Shown: piece after piece, positions 24,401-38,900 of the stretch
How positions within the stretch are numbered: the stretch's first letter is position 1
Layout of the letters: each line of letters opens with the position of its first letter
Assembly: GCA_002633005.1 (NCBI GenBank)
Contig: NMRA01000430.1
Span: forward strand, 99,420 to 163,419
Source of the DNA: Phoronis australis
Taxonomy: Eukaryota; Animalia; Phoronida
DNA: 64,000 nt
Reading direction: 5' to 3'
Program-made: the position numbers and the translations under genes
The notes under the pieces: model-generated
The model's input: the letters and a program-made list of their open reading frames with translations, nothing else
Databases searched by the model: none
What the model was told of the DNA's origin: nothing

Positions 24401-27400
24401 ATTTATTTTGTGACAAAACCAACAATTTGTCAGTTAACACTGGGATTTCAGGTAATCTTTCACTTGCTGTCAGGTTGGTAATAATTTGATTAGCTTCAAG
24501 TCCACTGCTGTGTAGTAATGGTTTAACCATCATTTCAAAAACATGCAAAAGGTCTGGACAGCAGACACAAAAAGAACCTAGTAAGCAAACAGTGTTGTTT
24601 AAACAATCTCTACTTTCAACTTGTCCTTTTCCTGTTTGTAAGGAGACATCCTTGACTATCTCTGTTTTTATCAAAAACCAACCTGAGATTGTAAAACACA
24701 GGTCAACTCTAAGTAAGTATGTCGTTCAAGGAATGCTAGTGAACTGTTCCACTTGATTATCTCAAAAATTCATTTACCTGGCGTCTTTCTCATGCGTCGT
24801 TCTCTGAAGTAAATCACGGTCAGAAAAGATGACGTTGGGATAGAACCACACAATGAATTTACCATCGGCTAAAGCAGCAAGCATGTTGCATTCGTCATTC
24901 CAAGCCAGAGATTGGATCATTGTCGCTGTCAATAACAAAAGTAGCAATAAGTTATAAAACATAATGACGGTAAAATACATACAAATACAACAAAAACATA
25001 ATGCCTACTGTGACAGTGTCATACAAAATCTCCTTTTGGTACCCAACTTCCATGCGATACTCATGAGAGTTAAGAAGTTGGGCAAAATGGGGCTAGTTGT
25101 TACGCTGTGCAAGAATCACCATTATACTCAAACAGTTTCCTCAAATCTAAGTCTAAAAATAGACATAACATGGCATAACTTAGTTTTTCACTTTGAAAGA
25201 AATAAACAGTGGTGACCTTGAACATTCATTGGAAAGACTCATTGCTGGAAACATTCAATCAGACACATAATTTGCAAAATATAGAGATCGTCAACTGTGA
25301 ACCGAAGAATCGTTCAACTTACAGACAAGATTACCAGTTAATGAGACAGATAGGTAAGTTCAATGAACTTGACTCATATTAAAACCTTACCTAGTTTCAA
25401 AACCTTGCGCTCCGTACCAAACACCCTGACAGACATGAGCCAACAGTCACCATTTTTGTCCACAACAGCCAATTTTCGTTCGTTGGCCGATCCACACTGA
25501 TCTAATGTAATTTGAATGACTTCTTGCTGCAGAGGAAACACGAAATAATATAAAAAGTGACTTCTGTTTACACACAAACATCAACTGTATACTTGTAGGT
25601 ACAGCGTTACTAGTTCCATTGTTATTCACTGTCATATGTTGAACTAAGCTAGAGTTCCTTACAATGTAATATCTTCGCAATACATCAACAGTTGTGTGTT
25701 TATAGGAGTCTCTTAAATAAGCTATGAGACAGCTTAGTTGTGTTGGGGGTTATGGATGCAGGTGATGTGACAGGGGTCCATGAAGAAGCTACAAGACAAC
25801 TTAGTTGCGTTGGATGTAGGTGACGACTGATGTTCAATAGATTCATCCAACTATTTTATGCCCACTTTCAGTACATACAAAACTACCGGACAGAATGACC
25901 CAGAATTCCCATCACGACGGCTACAGGAAGTCCAATTATTGACACAGCAGCAGCCTATCGTGACTGGCTATTTGTTGGAGTTGGATGGGATTTTGCAAAA
26001 TGATTAGCTATAAACCATAATTTTGCTGAATTAAATAAAAAAACAGTTGCCATGACAGCGAAATAGGATTTGGGGCAACTACGTGTGCTGTAAAAGAGAT
26101 AACTTGATTGAAAACTACGCATTAATATCTGGAGAAAGCTGAACAAAAAATTGCAGAGCCAAAAATGAGCATCAACAAAGGTCAGACCTGTGTGTGTGAA
26201 ATAGACAAACCTTTAAGCTGATTGGCTTGCCATCACCAAGTACTTTACCAGTGGAGGCATCAAAGAGATGGATAACTGTAAGACAACAACAAAACTTGTC
26301 ACAAGTCTCAGCAGACTAATATCAAAATCCAAAGAGAATCTTTTTAATTATTTTATTCCATGCTTCCATAATTCCCTTAAATAAAAAACATAAGTCATGT
26401 GTGGATAAGTTTGTCCAGTTTTTTAAAATAGTTATATTGTCTACATGTTTAAGAACAGCTGCAGTTTCTAAAACAATGTATAAATATGTCACAGAATTTA
26501 TATGTCATTCACATAGTACAACTATCTACACCCAAGCAGTCATGTCTTTTAAATTTCTGTGACTACTTGTCATGCCTTTCTTCCATCAGTAGAAAGAAAG
26601 TTCTCTTACCTTTCTCATCCACTTTATCCCTTATGGCAACTGTGTCATTACTGAGAGCCACTGTCTGCGGATTCAGGATATCTGTACGCATGCCAGCAAA
26701 CTTGGGTGTTGACAGGAGTCGGCCGTCGTACGAGTACACATAGATACCGGCATTATCCACTAAGAGGAAGTGTCTGAAGTAAAGATAATGAATGGGTAGC
26801 AACGTGACACAGTGGAAATATTGACATGTTACCATCAGCTAGGGTAAATCAGCAGACTGGCTGAGGTATGAAGATGAAGCCATACCACTAGTAGGGTAAC
26901 ACCACTGACTGATTAAGTAATGAACAAGGGAAAACCCATACTTAAAAAGACTGAACAACTTTCAGGGGGTGCTGTGGACATTTCTTATGGCAGGGAAAAG
27001 TACTGTGGTTGGCCTCCCCCACCAAGTAATGAGACCAACACGACACACTTAGGACTGGGAATATCTGAGATTACACAACCACAACAGTACTTATAACACA
27101 ACTAGGGATGGGAATATCTGACAAAACACTATCACAACTATATTTATCACACACAACACACTAGTGACACCACAAGGCCATAAGTATATAAGTACTCACT
27201 TCTCAGCCTGGACAATCAGGGTAACTGATCCTTCTTTCAAGTCAAATATGGTCGGTGTATTCCAGTTTTTGGTGCTGTAAACAGAAAAATATTAATCATC
27301 AAGTCGTGGCACTTCAATAGAAAATTTTACGACACATCAACAAATTGATAACGATCCCAATACTAAATATGACATCAGTCTTCTCAGCATTAACCATTTA

Positions 27401-30400
27401 GTTAAGATGGCATCTGGGCTAATACTGCTTCAACAGTTTTACCACAATGCATCATGTTTTAACCTAATATATGCTTGTACCTTACACCTAATTTTTGGAA
27501 TGTGACTCATCAGGTTCTGCCACGGACCTCATACACATACCTAGAATTAAGATGAAAAATCTCCCATAATTCATCATTCTAGGCATGTGTAACATGAACC
27601 GTAAAAGATAGACCACAGTTGCAGAACAAAGTCTGTAAAAAAGTGAAGGCAAGAGAGGGTATTCTGCAGATTGTTGTTCCAAGTCTGGAGCTACAGGGAA
27701 GGCACGCACGGTTATTCTGCTGATTATTGTTCCAACCTAGAGCAGAAGTAGACAAGTCAATAATAGAAAAGAACTACTGTCTTACCTGTAGACATAACAT
27801 TGAGACGACGTCGTTACAACAAGGTGTGCAAAGGCAAGTGCGACTTTGATGATGCGATCTCTAAAGTCTAACTTCTCCTTCGTGTCATCAGACACATTTC
27901 GAACAAGGATGGTCTTCTGGTCCGTCACAGTCACCTCAAAATTTTTCCACTCCAGTCTCCTGCAACAAAGGAGAGTGAACTCAGTGGTTATTGACAATCT
28001 TTTCTGTCTCAGTATATTTTGCAGTAAGCCTTCAGGATATGTTATGTCGACTAAGTGTTAATTGAAGATAAACACATCATCCTCCAACTTACTCAGCAGG
28101 GGTGACACAAACTGGAGAGCTGGTTCCATATTTTAAAACACAAGAAATGTTTCACAAACAGAATGTGTTACCGTAACTACAACAGGAACTGTTTTTGTGG
28201 TAAAATGGGTATTTTACCACAAAGTTTATGAAGCAACTGAATGCCCGAGACCCTCGTAAACATTTCAAGTTTTCTTCTATACTTTGGAGGAAATCACTAT
28301 GAACTTCTGCATATGACCACCACACCCACTATGAGGGCCTTGCTGCATGTATCTCTCCTTTAATTCCATACACTGTAATGGTGACATCAGTAATGGCTAT
28401 ATTACCCTCCTACCAACACACAGTTCGACCCAACTGCCGACATTGTCAACACTTACCTCTCAATAACATGTGCAAAGATGACTTGTCCATTGCCACAGGC
28501 CCCTGCCACTTGTGTCCCGTCACTAGACCACGCAAGGTTGAACACACTACCTATCGCAGGTTTCTCTAGAGCATATGACCACTAGAAGAGAAACACATAC
28601 TGTGTTACAAGCAGTTGCACCATATGATTCAGTCCAGTCAGTGCTCCTGTTCATTCAAGACCTCATCAAGAGCCATGACAGTCACTCCTTCCAGCTATTA
28701 TTGAATATTACTCTAGACATTAGTACTCTAACATAAATCATCACCACCCACAACTTCAACGTGAAAAAATAATTGAGTAACAGTCACTTACAAGCGTCTT
28801 GTACTTTCAGAACCAGTTTTCTCCACTGAATAATGGATATTTTACTGGTTCTCAAGTATAATTACAGATACTTGAATTCAGGAGTGTTTTCGCTAAGATA
28901 TCTGCCTCAGGTGGTGGGTATCACTAGTTCACTTACCCCAGCCTTGTCACATAATCTGAGTGTGTTGAAAGAGCCGACAGCAAACAAGTCCCCACCGGGA
29001 GCCCATGACACGGATGTGATGGGGTAGTCATGACTACTACTGCTGTAGAGAGGTCGGCCGTAGATGTCCCATACCTGCAATAGCCACGCATATTACAACA
29101 AGTGGATATAGAAATATTCAACAGGAAGGCTGTAGTGTACATGATATTGGCATTATTGGAAAATAACGGTGTCGTGCCATTAAAGGCACGCAATACAGTT
29201 GGTCCCTCGTGTGGTAGAACAAACTATCCGATATTTATTTACGTTATCACTTTACCACACTTGCCACACCCACGTACCAGAAACAATTATCATACCTACC
29301 TTATATTTACAGTCCTCTCCCCCAGATAGTATCAGATTATTAACTGGGTTCCAGTCCACCTTGACGATGACCCCATCATGACCTTTCCACTGTTGAGGTT
29401 TAGCATTCGCAGCCAGACTCTTGATGACCAGCAGTTTACTTGTGCAGTACAGAATGCGGTCAGAGTCTGGTCCCCACGAAACAGCATAGACAGGGCTACC
29501 TGTGTGAATACAATGCAGGCTTTTTTCAACATGAGTCAGTAGGTAACATCTAGTAAGCTAAGAGTGTTATTGCCAGAAACTAATGCCAACTACTAAAAAA
29601 GTTAATTCTGTTATTGTTTGTCAATTAACTAATAAGATAATTATTTTACTGATAAATAAATAGTAACAACTAGTAAATTAATTATGATATTGTCAAATAA
29701 CAAGTTAATTTGTCAAATACCTAGTAAGTTAATTATGTTATTGTCAAATAACAAGCAAGTTAATTATGTTGTCAAATAACAAGTTAATCATGTTTTCACC
29801 AAACTCCAAATAAGTTAATTATGTTAATGTCAAATAACAAGCAAGTTAATTATGTTATTGTCAGATCACATGTGAAATTGAAGAATTACCATTACACAAT
29901 TGCAGTCATGAGGAAATCAATAATAAGGAGGTTATGTAATCAAAACTATAGAGTCAGTGTGAAATAATCAAATACCTGAAAGCTTTCTATGAATACTTCT
30001 TACCATGAAAGATTGGTTTGAAAATTTAGCATGACATTTTTCACAACACTGAATGCTGCTCTGTAGGACTAAGAGCTAACTTTCACAGAATGGTAACATA
30101 TGGAGGGTTAATTATTCTCACACTCACGGTGACAAAACAATGAAAAAATGTGAGCGTTAAATCACTGATATCAAGTTGACTTACTGTTCTGAGCCAGAGT
30201 TGACCTCAACATGCCACTGCGTGACCAGATCTTGACTTGACCGTCTTCACCACCTGTACAACACATTACACACTAAGTAAACAACTGTAGTGCCACTCAA
30301 CAGATGGCTNAGGTCGACCGTAGATGTCCCATACCTGCAACAGCCACACATATCACAACAAGTGGGTATAGAAATATTCAACAGGAAGGCTGTCGTGTAC

Positions 30401-32651
30401 ATAATGTTGGCGTTATTCTAAATAGAAGATAACGGTGCCGTGCCATTAAAGGCACGCAATACAGTTGGTCCCTCATGGGGTAGAACAAAGTATCCGATAT
30501 TCATTTATGTTATCACTCTACCACACCCACGTACCAGAAACAATCATATCTACCTTATATTTACAGTCCTCTCCCCCTGATAGTATCAGATTATTAACTG
30601 GGTTCCAGTCCACCTTGACGATGACCCCATCATGACCTTTCCACTGTTGAGGTTTAGCATTCGCCGCCAGACTCTTGATGACCAGCAGTTTACTTGTGCA
30701 GTACAGAATGCGATCAGAGTCTGGTCCCCATGAAACAGCATAGACTGGGCTACCTGCATGAATACAGTACAGGCTTGTTTCAACATGAGTCAGTAGGTAA
30801 CATCTAGTAAGCTAAGAGTGTTATTGCCAGAAACTAATGCCAACTACTAAAGTCCATTCTGTTATTGTTTGTCAATTAAATAATAAGATAATTATGTTAC
30901 TGTTAAATATATAGTAACAACTAGTATGTTATTGTCAAATAACAAGCAAGTTAATTATGTTTTCATCAAATTCCAAGTAAGTTAATTATGTTAATGTCAA
31001 ATAAAAAGCAAGTTAATTATGTTATTGTCAGATCACATGTGAAATTGAAGAATTACCATTACAAAATGGCAGTCATGAGGAAGTCAATAATAAGGAGGTT
31101 ATGCAATCAAAACTATAGTCAGTGTGAAATAATCAAATACCTGAAAGCTTTCTATGAATACTTCTTACCATGAAAGATGGGTTTGAAAATTTAGCATGAT
31201 GTTTTTCACAACACTGAATGCTGCTCTGTAGGAATAAGAGCTAACTTTCACAGAATGGTAACATATTGAGGGTTAATTATTCTCACACTCATGGTGACAA
31301 AATAATGAAAAAATGTGTGCGTTAAATCACTGATATCAAGTTGACTTACTGTTCTGAGCCAGAGTTGACCTCAACATGCCACTGCGTGACCAGATCTTGA
31401 CTTGACCGTCTTCACCACCTGTACAACACATTACACACTAAGTAAACAACTATAGTGCCACTCAACAGATGGCTTCAGTAGGTCAATGTGACAATAGCAC
31501 CACTCAACAGATGGCTCTAGTAGGTCAATGTAACCATAGTAACACTCAGCACAAGGCTCTAGTAGGCCAACATGACCATAGTATCAAAGTTTTGCTTTTA
31601 ACATCATGAAGAGCCACTAAAAAGATTTCATTGAGGCATCAAGGGAACCAATGCGCCATGCATTTAATTTCATGGGCCAATGATGCACCGATGAGGTCTG
31701 GACTGAACACTGAATTCAAGACAACAATAAGTGAACGCTGTGACATCAATACCTGTTGCTAGAGCAGTGCCATCATAGCTCCACCTGTTGGAGAGAACTG
31801 CTCCCCTGTGTGCTTCTACACTCTTCTCCACTCGACCCATTTTAGACACGAGATGGAATTTTCCTGAAAAACACAGATTTTCATTTTTTTTAAAGAAATG
31901 TAGTAATTGCTGGTTAAAACAAACTGAATAAGAAGCAGAATAACATTTGGAGACCCACGTCCCATTTGCAGCATGCCACTTTAAATGCTACTGTTAATAT
32001 AAATGAATATATATGAAAATCACAATTTCTAATACTTTTTTGCCGAATTTTCTCACAGTTGTCTTGACATTTCTGTTACTCTCTGTTGATTTAAAGGAGT
32101 GTGCTACATGGCTTACTGTATAATAGAATTTGAAAATAAAATGCAGTTTCAAGTTAGATTGCTAAACAGTAATATTTGTTTATTCACACTTACGCGTACA
32201 GAAAAAAAGACATTCTCCATCATCAAGCATAACTTTACAGCTTATATCAACATGGTTCTTATTAATAGAATACAAAAAGAAATTTTTATTTTGTGAAAAT
32301 CAAAATCTTGCTCCATAAGATGCTTCTACCAACTATTTCCAACAAAAATTCCGGAAAGTCAAAAGCTGTGTGCGGCTCACCATCAGTTGAAGCCAAGGCA
32401 AACAGTTCAGATCCAGTCTGCTTTCTTGTCGTGCCAGCAGCAGCCCCAACCTTGGGAAACCAATGGATGTCTGTAGGATAGACATCATTGGACAAATTAA
32501 TCAAGCAGGATGTTTCATTGTTGAGTAGGTTCCACTTAAGTATTTGATGATCGTCTGCTCCAGAGTAGACCTCATCAGGAGTTGTCCACCCAACACAGCT
32601 CACCAGGTCTTTGTGTTTAGGGTCTTTCTGAAGTGTGGTTTTGAATCGCAT
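21403..32651 (-). CDS. IFT80: Intraflagellar transport protein 80 (WD40/TPR), 17 coding exons, about 774 aa
   Basis: Exons (minus): 32651-32381, 31863-31753, 31418-31350 (dup 30253-30185), 30753-30554 (dup 29499-29300), 29074-28937, 28581-28457, 27959-27786, 27274-27200, 26773-26610, 26275-26211, 25526-25391, 24925-24778, 23993-23822, 23462-23373, 23028-22856, 21988-21865, 21492-21403. All GT-AG; total 2325 nt. Motifs [57 protein letters not shown] and [13 protein letters not shown] match IFT80. Confidence 0.97.
24020..24316. repeat. 33-bp minisatellite in IFT80 intron
   Basis: GTGTGAATYTGAGYGAACTTTGAATCAACATT-like unit, about 9 copies; gives the [11 protein letters not shown]-repeat ORF. 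Confidence 0.9.
29051..31473. repeat. Tandem duplication of about 1.2 kb in IFT80 (29051-30309 vs 30311-31473) joined by a single N; likely two haplotypes
   Basis: Near-identical exons and introns with SNPs and indels; N at 30310; the junction falls inside exon 5. Confidence 0.85.
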
Positions 32652-33659
32652 TGCTACTCTGAAAAAACATATCAAGTAATTGATGCAAAAAATTGTAGTT
32701 CTAAACACAAAATAACGTTGCACTTATTACAGTGTGTTTTGATTTAACAGAGTGCAGTTTTTGCAAACATGACCACTGGTTTAATTTCGAGATTGCTTGC
32801 TTAAAATTTGAATTTGTCTACCTCTCAGATATCATGGCACTCAAAGTTGACATATGTGTCAGTAAACTTATCTACACTTTTACTTCGTGTAGCCGAGAAT
32901 TGAACCAGCACCCCACTAAACCAAAGTCTAGCAAACCGATCAGCCAAAGAGCAACTGATCAGTCACCAGATGTCAATCATTTGGAGGAGTGAAGTCATGT
33001 TATGCAAGCAAACTTCTGCCAATGACAAGCACCCGTCATCCTAAGACACTATTCTGTGTAAAACAAATGTGAGCATCAGTGGATTTTGAGACAGAGTGGT
33101 TAAAACTTCAGGATGTCCACAATTGCACTATAATAGACTAACCACATTGTTTCCACAGCACTAACCAATGAAGTTAATTTACTCAAGGAAGAGCGTTGTT
33201 TTAATGGAAATTTGTGTCCAGTTTTGTTCGCAAGTCTTTCATCCACAGTAAGTCATAGTTTCAAAACTGAACTGAATATTTTTACAAGCACAGCTTTGTA
33301 CCAAGGCTAGATTTTTCTCCAGTTGATATAGTTTTCTGTTTATCTCCACCAAATGCTTAGGGCGTCTTAGCTTTAGAGATAGGAATAGTAGACGCTAAAT
33401 TTGACAGCTTCGCCTGATACACTTTGGTTTGGGAGCCAACCCCGAGTCAACGAACTTGGTTTGTCCCAGACGTGACGGATAGACACTGGCACTGAACAGT
33501 CTCAATGTCTGATTAAAATGTATACACAAAAGTTCAAAGAGTCATCGGATGAAGTCGTGGTTATTTTAACAATCGCAACTGCATTTAACCAATCAATTTA
33601 CCACTAGGTTCACCGTAACATTTATCCCACCATAAATGCAAGGACCACAACAAACTCAC

Positions 33660-33720
33660 GGTTATCACTGACTGGAATGCTCCTCAACACGCATGTCAGG
33701 AAGTGGGCTTTTGCAACAAT
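33660..33720 (-). other. IFT80: Probable non-coding first exon of IFT80
   Basis: Minus-strand donor GTGAGT at 33659-33654. The ATG exon has its own acceptor at 32660-32659, so an upstream UTR exon is required. The 5' limit is a guess. Confidence 0.45.
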
Positions 33721-34365
33721 AAAGAATACAACTTATGAAAAAAAGTTAATTATATTTTAGTTTTTCAATAATTAAAACACATTTTGTATATAAATATCAT
33801 AAAATTTAAAGTAAAATATTTATTTTACAAAATTATTTAAAAAATTACTCTCTACTATAAGCATTTTTATTAGCATATGAGTGATTATACTTTTTTTAGA
33901 CGGGAGCTCACATTTGTTTTCACTGGATACGGCCATGACAAGATGACTGAGGGTCAAAACTTGACTTCAATTGCGTTCAATACCCAACTATAACCTGTCT
34001 ACCATTGAGAGGTAAAGTAGTCCAGCTTCCCGTTTCGAAACTTTTGCTAAGTACTGAACCCAGATTCAGGGCAGTCACCTGCTCACTTTTTCTCTGCCTT
34101 TTTCTTCCTTGGCATTTGACACATGACACCCACACTGACAGTGTCACTGAGAGTGAGACTGACACAGACAGTGTCAGCTGATCAGTGATAGTGTTCTAAA
34201 CACTGCTAACCCTTTATTCAATCGACAATAAATTTAGCTCTTTGTCGTAGCAAACCACAACATAGACAGTACCGCTGCAGACCAAGTAAGCCACCAGAAC
34301 ATTAGTTAACTCGGTTTGATGGCTTATCTGGTCTACAACACAACAGTACTGAACTGTTGCAGATG

Positions 34366-35030
34366 CATGCTTTCGGTGAATCATATGAGCCTTTGTTTGC
34401 CATTTGCTATTAGCTGAATAGTTAGCATGCTTGCTGGTTTTACAATCTTGCCGGTTTTATTGGGGTCGTTGGTTTGTTTCCTGGGTTGGGTAATCCGCGT
34501 CGCCTAATTGGCATAGTAGTCGGCAGGACGGATGATATACTGAGGATGCACTACCAATTCAGGGGCTTGTGGACCTCGGACTTGGTGCAATTGGTGTGGA
34601 TCCAGAACACAAGAGAGCGTTGCTGAGGACAAATTCCAGGATGCTAGATTGTTGCTGAGATCTGCAGCCAGGATTGAAGTGTGCCTGTTCAGTATAGGAA
34701 GGGGAGAATGTTGTAAACATGCTTCCGGTGAATCATATGAACCTCTGTTAACCACTAACTAATGGCAATTGCCTATTAGTGGAATGGTTAGTATACTTGC
34801 CTTTTTTATCGGGGTCACTGGTTCGATTTCCGGGTTAGGTATCTTAGCTATTACTTCAGAACCATGGGAGCTTATTTCGAAATTTTAGAACACACCTGTA
34901 GTAACTGCCTAGATCTGGGAATCGAACCACTGACCCCCGATATCACTGGCAATCTTAACCATTCGGCCATTAGGCAATGTCCGTTAGTGAGGGGCTAACA
35001 AAGGCTCATATGATTCACCAGAAGCTGCAC
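34366..35030. mobile_element. Three copies of a short tRNA-derived SINE-like repeat (34366-34495 +, 34718-34842 +, 34905-35030 -)
   Basis: Shared GGTGAATCATATGARCCT head. A-box-like TGGCCGAATGGTTAAG and B-box GGTTCGATTCCC are best preserved in the minus copy. Confidence 0.65.
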
Positions 35031-35079
35031 CTCTACAACACATCTTTATTTATCATAACATAAGTAAGGAAGGGAGTAT

Positions 35080-35121
35080 ACTATATTATATTATTAATAT
35101 TATTATTATTATTATTATTAT
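35080..35121. repeat. (TAT)n microsatellite
   Basis: Run of TATTATTAT. Confidence 0.9.
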
Positions 35122-35931
35122 ATAACATAACCCATAACTGAACCACTGGAAGTCTGGTGAGGTTCGCAATCTCGCCATTACAGCACATGCTATGTGATGC
35201 ACGTGATTACGATTGGGGTCAAACAATGAATGACATCAATCGAAAGTCGAGCTGCAAACAACCTCGCCAGACTTTCGGCAGTTCTATATAAGGGTGAAAT
35301 GGCATAAACTATACTACCTTTTTTGTTATTGTGTATACTTCAGGTATGTTCTAAAAGATCAAAATAAGCTTCCGTGATATGAACTGGGTTAGCGAAGCTG
35401 GCTCAGATGGTGGATACGTACGCTTGAATCTTTTTGGGAAAATTGTAAATTCTTAACACTGATTGAACCAGCAAAGTCACATTGCTAAGATAAGTAACAT
35501 TCGAGCTTAGAATTAGAAGGTCACTTTTGTTTTGGAGGATGTCAATATCTTTAAATCCTTTCAACTCGAACAAATACTTCAGTAATTCAGATTTCCTTCT
35601 GATGCATCTCCTTATTTAGTCAATGAAATCATTAGTAAATATTTTGTTTTGTATTGTGGGTGCAATTATATTTCTGTGAAATCTTCACTAATGTGGTAAT
35701 TCATGCTTTGTTTCACACAAAAGAACCGTAGATTACCGCTTCCAACAAACAGGCTTCTTGATGACCACAGTTCTTGCACAAAGTTATTGACAAAGTACAA
35801 GTTACCATGTAACTGGCCAGGTTTTTATGTCTGAATTAATAATGCCTTAAAAATTTTTAATAGTAATTTATATACATGCACTGCAAACTGTGATTAACAC
35901 TTGTAGTACTGTTAATTCCAGGTTGCTGATC

Positions 35932-38900
35932 ATGGAAGTAAAAAATGAAAGTAAGATGAAAAGTGCAGGAAGCAATAAGACACAGATCAGTGTCAGGCTG
36001 CCTACAGCTTCAGGAAGTAAGAAGACTCCGCCACCAGAGAACGCTGCTGGCCTCCTTAGTGCTGAACACACTGGCTTCTCAGATCTCATCACACCCAGTC
36101 CACAGAAGCAGCGCAAGCAGCATAATGTGTCCATAATGAGTCGACCCACATCTGTAAAACCAAAGAGGTTGTACGAAACAGAGGATCCCCTGTGAGTTGT
36201 GTTGGTTTAGTTGTAGCAAAATTGCCTATGGTTACATTTCAACACTATGTTTCAAGAAACTAGCCATCTATAGATGGAGTTTTTTGTTGAAATCCTGCTG
36301 TTGAAATTATTGTTATCTGCCCATCATCAAGCCAAGGCAAAACTAAGGTCACATGATAGAGTCACAATTGTCTGAACAAATTTGAAAGCCCTTAGATAAG
36401 TGTGCTTATTTAATATACACTTTTAATTATTTCAATTCAATTAAACATGTCCCAGACCACGGTGTTATTTATCAGCAAGTCGGAATATAGTATGTGTGGG
36501 ACAGTTGACCAATGTGTAAAAACTGACCAACGGCATTCAAACATTGACAGTCAACTTTACTGCAATGTCTTGAGTAGCATGGGTCGCAGTGATACATACC
36601 ACCACCGGATGTGAGGTATTCTCAGGAGCAAGTTTTCTTGTAACAAAAGAAATGTGTTCTGAGAGAAAGAATTGTTGAACAATACAGAAAAATTACATAT
36701 TTAAAAAAGGATTCTGTACGTGAGAATTGAATGCTGTGAGAATGGCTTTGTGGTTCATGAGAGATGTACGCGGTACACTAAGGCTGATGATTACTGTACA
36801 GTTAGATTACTTTTGTTAGCCATGACTTCACATTTAGTGCCTGGACTCATTTAGTTGAATCCATAAATCAGGCTGTGCAGTATGTTGTAACTTGGTATGC
36901 GTTTTCTTATTTCAGGCAGAAAAGAAAACTAGCTGGTATAATTATTGAGAACGCATGGTTGGCTTATAGGGACAAGAACATGTTCAGGCTGCTCAAACAT
37001 GCTATCTGTGCTGCTGTAAGTAGTGTATTAGTTAACCCTCAGGTCAGACTGTCTACTTGTGTTCTGTTGGTACCTTGGGTTCTACTGTCTTTGTACAAAA
37101 TATGCCTGTTATATTTGTGGTTAGACATTCCTTGTTGCTGAAGAGTCACTCATCATTCTATGCACTGGAGGCAGTGTACATGGAAATAGATTGGTTCCAT
37201 GAATGAACACTGGATGGGAAGACTAGGTAGTATCTTTCTGATTTGAATACACAAGTTTATCAAATAGTCTTAATTGTTTGATTTCTGTATTTCCGAGTTC
37301 TTGAAACCGTCTTCAGTTACTTGTATTTTCATATACAAGTCCTCCCATTACAATGTTTCTAAAAATGGCTAAAGGTCAGATACCCCTTTGGAATAACAGG
37401 CTATGTTGTCCATTTAGTTTGGTTTGCCAACTAATTCTTTCAGATTTGAAAGTACCTCTCACTTTCAAGTCGTCAGCCATCTAAATAAAATTATTGTGAA
37501 GGAAATTTAGATGTTTTAATAGCAGCTAACTTTACATTGGACAGTTGCACCGGATCACCATGAAAATCCTTGTGCTTGTATAACCTTAATTCATCCAAGT
37601 CCAATTCTCTTCCAGGAAACATCACTGACACATGAGGTTCTGCGGAAAGTTTCCCCAAAGGAAGCACACATTTCTAAAGATCCAAGTATCTCCCTAAAAA
37701 TAAGATTTAGGTGAGTTAAAACCTGTATTGCTGTTTCCATGGTATCATTTTGTGACCGCTAGTTGGCTCCTCTCTTTATTTCAGTGTGACTGCTGCACAG
37801 GGATACATAATTTTTTCCTCGTACATGTCATATTTGTCATTACTGACATCACTATACCATTTTACAACTGCAGCAACATCTTCATCAATGGTGATTTTTA
37901 GAACATATTGTTTTTAAAAAAGCAAATAATTATCTTAATATAGACTTTCTTTTATGCTCACAATGGCAGATTCTAAACATGGCCTATTTTGACTTCATAT
38001 TTTCTGAGGGACCAAACATCAAGACAGTTTTACCCTCTCTACCCTTAAGTTTGAAATTCCCTTATTGTTGTATTCAGTTTTGTTATGTTTTAGTGCTGGG
38101 CTGTTTTACATTGACAAAAATATTAACATTAATGTTTTTGTGTTGTTCAGGTTTGGTGGCCGAGAGTTCCCACCTTTGATATACTTCAAAATTTTTTCAA
38201 GCTCGAAGGATGGGTCAAAAATGCTGTACATGAGTGGCAAGAAGGTTATAAGGCCAGAAACAGAGGTATACCTGGTTATGCATTGTCATGGTGACATGGA
38301 CAATTTTCTAATGTTCTGCTCTACAGAAGTTAAAGTACAAAACTGCATATTCGAAAGCCTATGTCCATGTTTGCATGTTAATTGTCTTGCAATAAATGCC
38401 TCTCAGTTTGGTTAAGTGATAAACTAAGCACTCAAAAGTTCAAACTCATTGCATAGGTTTTCAAACATAGTTCATGAAAGCCAAATTCATCTAGGCAAAA
38501 TTCAAACTGATTGATACAATGAGCCAAAACAGGCTGCGGAGAACATCGCTTTTTGATTTGTATTTTTAGAATTGTGAACAGAGCCACTTACTATCTTTAT
38601 GAAATAATTTCAACCTAGAAGAAGGCAATTAGATATCTTCTATGAGCATAATTGCTTCCTTCATTATGACCAGTTACTTGAGAGTCATGTGACTTTGTTT
38701 AACAGGCTGCCAGAGATGCTTGTGACAGGATGGGTAACAGAAAGTATTACGAGCTCATTATACAGGATAGCATGCAACATGAACACTATAAAGTCACGGA
38801 TGAAATGGATATCACTACATTGAAAGACTATATGCAGGTACTATTTCTGCAAGACTGACAAACATTGCAAAACACATTATGGTTAACTATGGCGCTTTTG

